Shown here: positions 60,716-64,000 of the stretch, piece after piece
How positions within the stretch are numbered: position 1 is the first letter of the stretch
How the letters are laid out: the number at the start of each line of letters is the position of its first letter
Source: Armatimonadota bacterium
GTDB lineage: Bacteria > Armatimonadota > UBA5829 > DSUL01
NCBI GenBank assembly: GCA_039811685.1
Contig: JBDHZC010000008.1
Location: 76,707 to 140,706 of the forward strand
DNA: 64,000 nt
Reading direction: 5' to 3'
Translations under genes and position numbers: made by a program
The notes under the pieces: generated by a model
What the model saw: only the letters and a program-made list of their open reading frames with translations
The model's database searches: none
Told to the model about the DNA's origin: nothing

Positions 60716-61594
60716 ATGAGGTATCTCACACTTGCAGCGGCTGTCGGCGCTGCTGTCGTCCTCGCGGCCGGAGCAGGCCGTGCTGCACAGAATATTCCTG
60801 GCAGCGCTGACGACTTTGAGAGCTATGCTGTGGGAACACAGTTCAATACCGGATCGCCAACCGCCAATGACACGTGGGGCGACTCCAACACCTACGCAGC
60901 CGGCTACAGAACGAACACAGTGGAAGTGTATCCGCTCGGCGGAAATCCGAACAACCAGGTCAATCATACAATTGATCTGAACCAGCCAGGCAACCTCACC
61001 AAAAACACGCACCTGCGCACGGACTTTTTCGAAGTCCACAGCGGCACCACGAGCGGTGCGTACGATGTCAGCTTCGATTTCCGCCCGATGAGAGGCGCAG
61101 TGAAGGCTGTGCTGACGCGCGGTGGAAGCTGGACAAGCGGCACGGACTGGGTTGCGGCTCTGGCCTTCGACACGCCAACCAGCACGTTCTTCCCTGGAAT
61201 GAGCCACAGCGGCAACAACCTCGGCTACCAGCAGCAGACGGTTGCAGGCAACAACAAACAGCCCTACGTGGACGCTGGAGCGACCTACACGCCTGGCGAT
61301 TGGTACAGCGTGCTGATGCACGTTGACGTTGACAACTTCACGTACAGTGTGGCAATCGGCCCCTACGGCGGCCCGCTGACGCCTATACTGACTGACATGC
61401 CCTGGATTGTCGCAACCGCCACCGGTCTGCACCCATCTACGTTCGGAGGCCTGTACTTCGCTACGTCCAACGTGAAAGAAGAAGAAGGCGAGTTCATGCT
61501 GGATAACGTAAGAGTGGTCCCTGAGCCTTCCTCAGTTCTGGCGATGGCAGCCGGTCTGGGAGGATTGCTGCCAATCATGCTTCGCCGAAAGTAA
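60716..61594 (+). CDS. PEP-CTERM protein with lectin-like beta-sandwich domain
   Basis: Signal peptide; DDFESY...WYSV..HVD...TY...LDNVRV; VPEPSSVLAMAAGLGGLLPIMLRRK. Confidence 0.88.
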   Translation: MRYLTLAAAVGAAVVLAAGAGRAAQNIPGSADDFESYAVGTQFNTGSPTANDTWGDSNTYAAGYRTNTVEVYPLGGNPNNQVNHTIDLNQPGNLTKNTHLRTDFFEVHSGTTSGAYDVSFDFRPMRGAVKAVLTRGGSWTSGTDWVAALAFDTPTSTFFPGMSHSGNNLGYQQQTVAGNNKQPYVDAGATYTPGDWYSVLMHVDVDNFTYSVAIGPYGGPLTPILTDMPWIVATATGLHPSTFGGLYFATSNVKEEEGEFMLDNVRVVPEPSSVLAMAAGLGGLLPIMLRRK

Positions 61595-61622
61595 AAGCGC
61601 ACCACAAGCAAACAGCAACTCC

Positions 61623-61655
61623 AGAGCTCTCCGTTCCTCGGAGGGCTCTTTTTTT
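61623..61655 (+). terminator. Rho-independent terminator
   Basis: AGAGCTCTCCG-TTCCT-CGGAGGGCTCT followed by a T run. Confidence 0.85.
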
Positions 61656-61717
61656 ATACAGGGACTCCGGCGAGGGCCCGAGCGCTGAACAAAAGGCTTG
61701 CCGCCCGGGGGTATGGG

Positions 61718-62794
61718 TCACGCGGTTTCCCGGCGAACGTATTCCGGAGTAACGACTACTTTGGAGCCACGCAGATCTTCCCCGCGTACCATTCGCAGCA
61801 CCAGTTCTACGGCGTGACTGCCCATCAGATCGTGGCGCAGATCCAGAGTTGATATCTGGTAGTAGTCATCCGCGCAGATGGGAAGCCCGGAACAGCCGAC
61901 CACAGCTATATCGTCAGGAACTGACACACCGAGAGACCTCAGATGGATGAGCGCGGCAAGCGCGGAACGGTCGTAAGCGCAGAGAATTGCTTCGGGACGC
62001 TTCGGCTGCTGAAGTAGATCGTCAATGATAAGCTCAACAGTGGGTTTGGTGGGAGGATCGGCCGGGCCTTCCTGGGTATAGGTGAGATTACTCTCGGGAA
62101 TGCCAGCCTCGCGCGCAGCGCTTTCGAAAGCTGCGCAAAAATGAACGTCCCGGTACACCTTCGCGGCGTGCGTAATCAGGCAGAAACGCCGGCGTCCATC
62201 AGCCACCAGAGAGTTCACTACACTCCTGACTCCTTCGTCATAGTCCGGGACCACACATGGGACATCAGCCACCTGCCGATCCAGCGTCACGATCGGAAGC
62301 GGCTCGTCGAAGCTGGCGCGCAGACGCTCAGCTTCCACGTAAGAATCCCACACAATCATCCCATCCACTTCTCGACTGCGAACCGGCACTGCAAAATAGG
62401 TGCCCACGTCTTCGCCGGTCTCGTGGCGCTCGTGCGTTGTGTAAACAGACAGGCGGTGACCGCTCTTCTCTGCCGCTTTGAAAACAGCGCGCATGACAGT
62501 TGCGGCCGCCTGCCGATAGTCCGTGACAATGGAAATATCGTAAAACGCCAGGCCCAGAGTGCGCGAGCGCTGTGACGCCAGTCTTCGCGCAGCATCGTTG
62601 GGGCTGTAGTTCAGCTCTCGCGCGGCATCCATAACGCGCTGCCTGGTCCGTTCGGGCAATCCGGCGTCAATTCCATTCAGCACGAAAGACACTGTGGTCT
62701 GCGAGACGCCGGCGCGCCGCGCTACGTCCGTCATGGTAGCCTGCCTGATTTTGTTCAATCTTCGCGACCCCGCACTTTGAATGTTCGCTCCCAT
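61718..62794 (-). CDS. LacI family transcriptional regulator
   Basis: TMTDVARRAGVSQTTVSFVLN HTH, Y.PN.AARRL hinge, VDGMI, VPDDIAVVG. Confidence 0.96.
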   Translation of the reverse strand: MGANIQSAGSRRLNKIRQATMTDVARRAGVSQTTVSFVLNGIDAGLPERTRQRVMDAARELNYSPNDAARRLASQRSRTLGLAFYDISIVTDYRQAAATVMRAVFKAAEKSGHRLSVYTTHERHETGEDVGTYFAVPVRSREVDGMIVWDSYVEAERLRASFDEPLPIVTLDRQVADVPCVVPDYDEGVRSVVNSLVADGRRRFCLITHAAKVYRDVHFCAAFESAAREAGIPESNLTYTQEGPADPPTKPTVELIIDDLLQQPKRPEAILCAYDRSALAALIHLRSLGVSVPDDIAVVGCSGLPICADDYYQISTLDLRHDLMGSHAVELVLRMVRGEDLRGSKVVVTPEYVRRETA

Positions 62795-62858
62795 AATACC
62801 TCTTGTCGCCCGCTAAAATAAAGTCAGCAGACAAACTAATAATAACACGATAAATTAC

Positions 62859-62907
62859 TAATACGTTTCAGAAAAACTATTGACAGGGTGTTTTTGGGCC
62901 GTATAAT
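62859..62907 (+). promoter_or_regulatory. Operator TAATACGTTTCA (62859-62870) and sigma70 promoter TTGACA-N16-TATAAT (62880-62907)
   Basis: Perfect consensus -35 and -10 in the AT-rich lacI/pilin divergent region; the operator lies just upstream of the -35. Confidence 0.75.
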
Positions 62908-62993
62908 AGATATAGGCAGGTACGGGAATCAGAAGTCCGAAGACCTGAAAGACTGTCGTCCTGAAGCGGAATCGCAGAGTGAGCGAGGGAAAT

Positions 62994-63797
62994 ATGCGCT
63001 ATATCAAAGGTGATAAAAATCAGCGGGATGCCGGAAGCTGCGCTCGAGCGCGGTCCGTGAGTTCTGGCTTCACGCTCATCGAGCTGCTGGTCGTCATCGC
63101 GATCATCGCTATTCTTGCCGCCATCCTGTTCCCCATTTTCGCCCAGGCCAAAAAGCAGGCGCAGATAAGCGCGTGTCAGAGCAGCCTGAAGCAGCTTGGC
63201 CTCGGGATAAAAATGTACGCTGACGACAACGGTGGGACATTGATGCGCTACGAGAATCGGCGCCCGATGCCCAACCGTCTAATGTGGTTCAACTTTATTA
63301 ACCCTTACCTCAAGGAAGACAAGATTTACCGGTGCCCATGCCTGCCGGACGCCAAAACTACTGCGGCGAATGTGCCGGAGCAGAACCGGACCTACGGCTA
63401 CGGTCTGAACATCAACCTGTGCCGATCCGCTGACCCGCCGTCTATCCCACTGCCTGCAAACAAGACGTTCATCAAGATTGACTCTGTCGAGCGTCCTGCA
63501 GCGACACTGATGTTGTGTGACGCCTACACACTGGAGGCGAGAAACGGCGCCTACGTGGAAGTCGGATTTCCCGTGGCTTACGGAGTCAACAACAATCAGG
63601 GCAACAAACTTCCCTATTTGCTGGATGGGAACGTCGGTAGCAGAACCCGGCATGGCGGGCGGGTGAGCGTGCTGTATGTTGATGGCCACGTGCGCACGCT
63701 TCCCTACGCGTACGTCAACCAGCCGTATCAGACGTTAGCCCAATCCAAAAACGACGACATCTGGGGAGATTTTGACACCTATCTGAACCCGCGCTAA
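62994..63797 (+). CDS. Prepilin-type N-terminal cleavage/methylation protein with H-X9-DG motif (DUF1559-like)
   Basis: [29 protein letters not shown]...C.S.LKQLG...[32 protein letters not shown] 62994 has a GAGGGA RBS. Confidence 0.93.
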   Translation: MRYIKGDKNQRDAGSCARARSVSSGFTLIELLVVIAIIAILAAILFPIFAQAKKQAQISACQSSLKQLGLGIKMYADDNGGTLMRYENRRPMPNRLMWFNFINPYLKEDKIYRCPCLPDAKTTAANVPEQNRTYGYGLNINLCRSADPPSIPLPANKTFIKIDSVERPAATLMLCDAYTLEARNGAYVEVGFPVAYGVNNNQGNKLPYLLDGNVGSRTRHGGRVSVLYVDGHVRTLPYAYVNQPYQTLAQSKNDDIWGDFDTYLNPR

Positions 63798-63810
63798 CTC
63801 AGTGCACTGA

Positions 63811-63897
63811 CGGAGAGGGCGAGATTCGAACTCGCGGTACGCAGAAGCGCACAACAGTTTTCGAGACTGCCTCCTTAAACCACTCGGACACCTCTCC
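63811..63897 (-). tRNA. tRNA-Ser(CGA)
   Basis: GGAGAGG/CCTCTCC acceptor stem, D-loop AGTGGTTTAA, GCAGT-CTCGAAA-ACTGT anticodon arm, long variable arm, GCGAG-TTCGAAT-CTCGC T arm, discriminator G. Followed by TCA, not CCA. Confidence 0.96.
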
Positions 63898-64000
63898 GTA
63901 TTCAGTTTCTCAAGCACTTAGCTTTGCAGGCAAGGAGAGCGTGCTCGGCGGAGGTTATGCCTCCTTAAACCACTCGGACACCTCTCCGTATTCAGTTTCT
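63868..64000. repeat. Direct repeat of at least 43 bp (63868-63910 and 63958-64000), 90-bp period, covering tRNA nt 1-30 plus 13 nt of leader
   Basis: TGCCTCCTTAAACCACTCGGACACCTCTCCGTATTCAGTTTCT occurs twice exactly; the second copy is cut by the window end. Confidence 0.95.

Noticed and set aside
58795..63897. Genomic island integrated at the tRNA-Ser 3' end
   Set aside because: No integrase, and no second copy of the tRNA 3' end was noticed in the window (by eye, not an exhaustive search).
63868..64000. CRISPR array
   Set aside because: Only two copies are visible, the repeat is tRNA sequence, and there are no cas genes in the window. Kept as a tRNA-derived repeat instead.

Overview
A GC-rich bacterial chromosomal segment. 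The GFTLIELL...AAILFPVF pilin-like genes, PEP-CTERM proteins and unusual C-terminal domains suggest an Armatimonadota-like lineage (inference). From left to right: (1) rpiB-gnd, then a divergent zf-UBP gene and an SDR/HAD/LarA-family operon that looks like a mannonate-to-gluconate route into the pentose phosphate pathway; (2) a GH-A clan hydrolase and a Kef-type antiporter carrying an extra channel-type RCK module; (3) a carbohydrate locus with a Gfo/Idh/MocA oxidoreductase, an H-X9-DG prepilin-like protein, GH42-like proteins, an esterase, a PL22-like lyase and an unusual two-gene ABC importer; (4) gcvT-H-PA-PB plus a lipoate ligase; (5) DUF2339, two tandem beta-helix paralogs and a sialate O-acetylesterase; (6) a block of secreted hypothetical proteins; (7) a molybdenum cofactor cluster with an FdhF/YdeP enzyme and fdhD; (8) a LacI-controlled surface-protein/pilin cassette; (9) tRNA-Ser(CGA) with a duplicated 5' end at the window edge. 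The most novel-looking signals are four. First, three pairs of adjacent paralogous secreted proteins in which one partner carries a shared OB-fold-like C-terminal tail (F-Y/V-x-DD-G/A-SG) and the other carries PEP-CTERM or no tail, a possible undescribed sorting or anchoring module. Second, an ABC permease whose external loop is five tandem copies of a GH42 helical subdomain. Third, one palindromic LacI-type operator motif shared by two pilin-containing sugar loci about 50 kb apart. Fourth, a fold-back duplicate of the tRNA 5' end. All family calls come from reading motifs by eye; no database searches were run.
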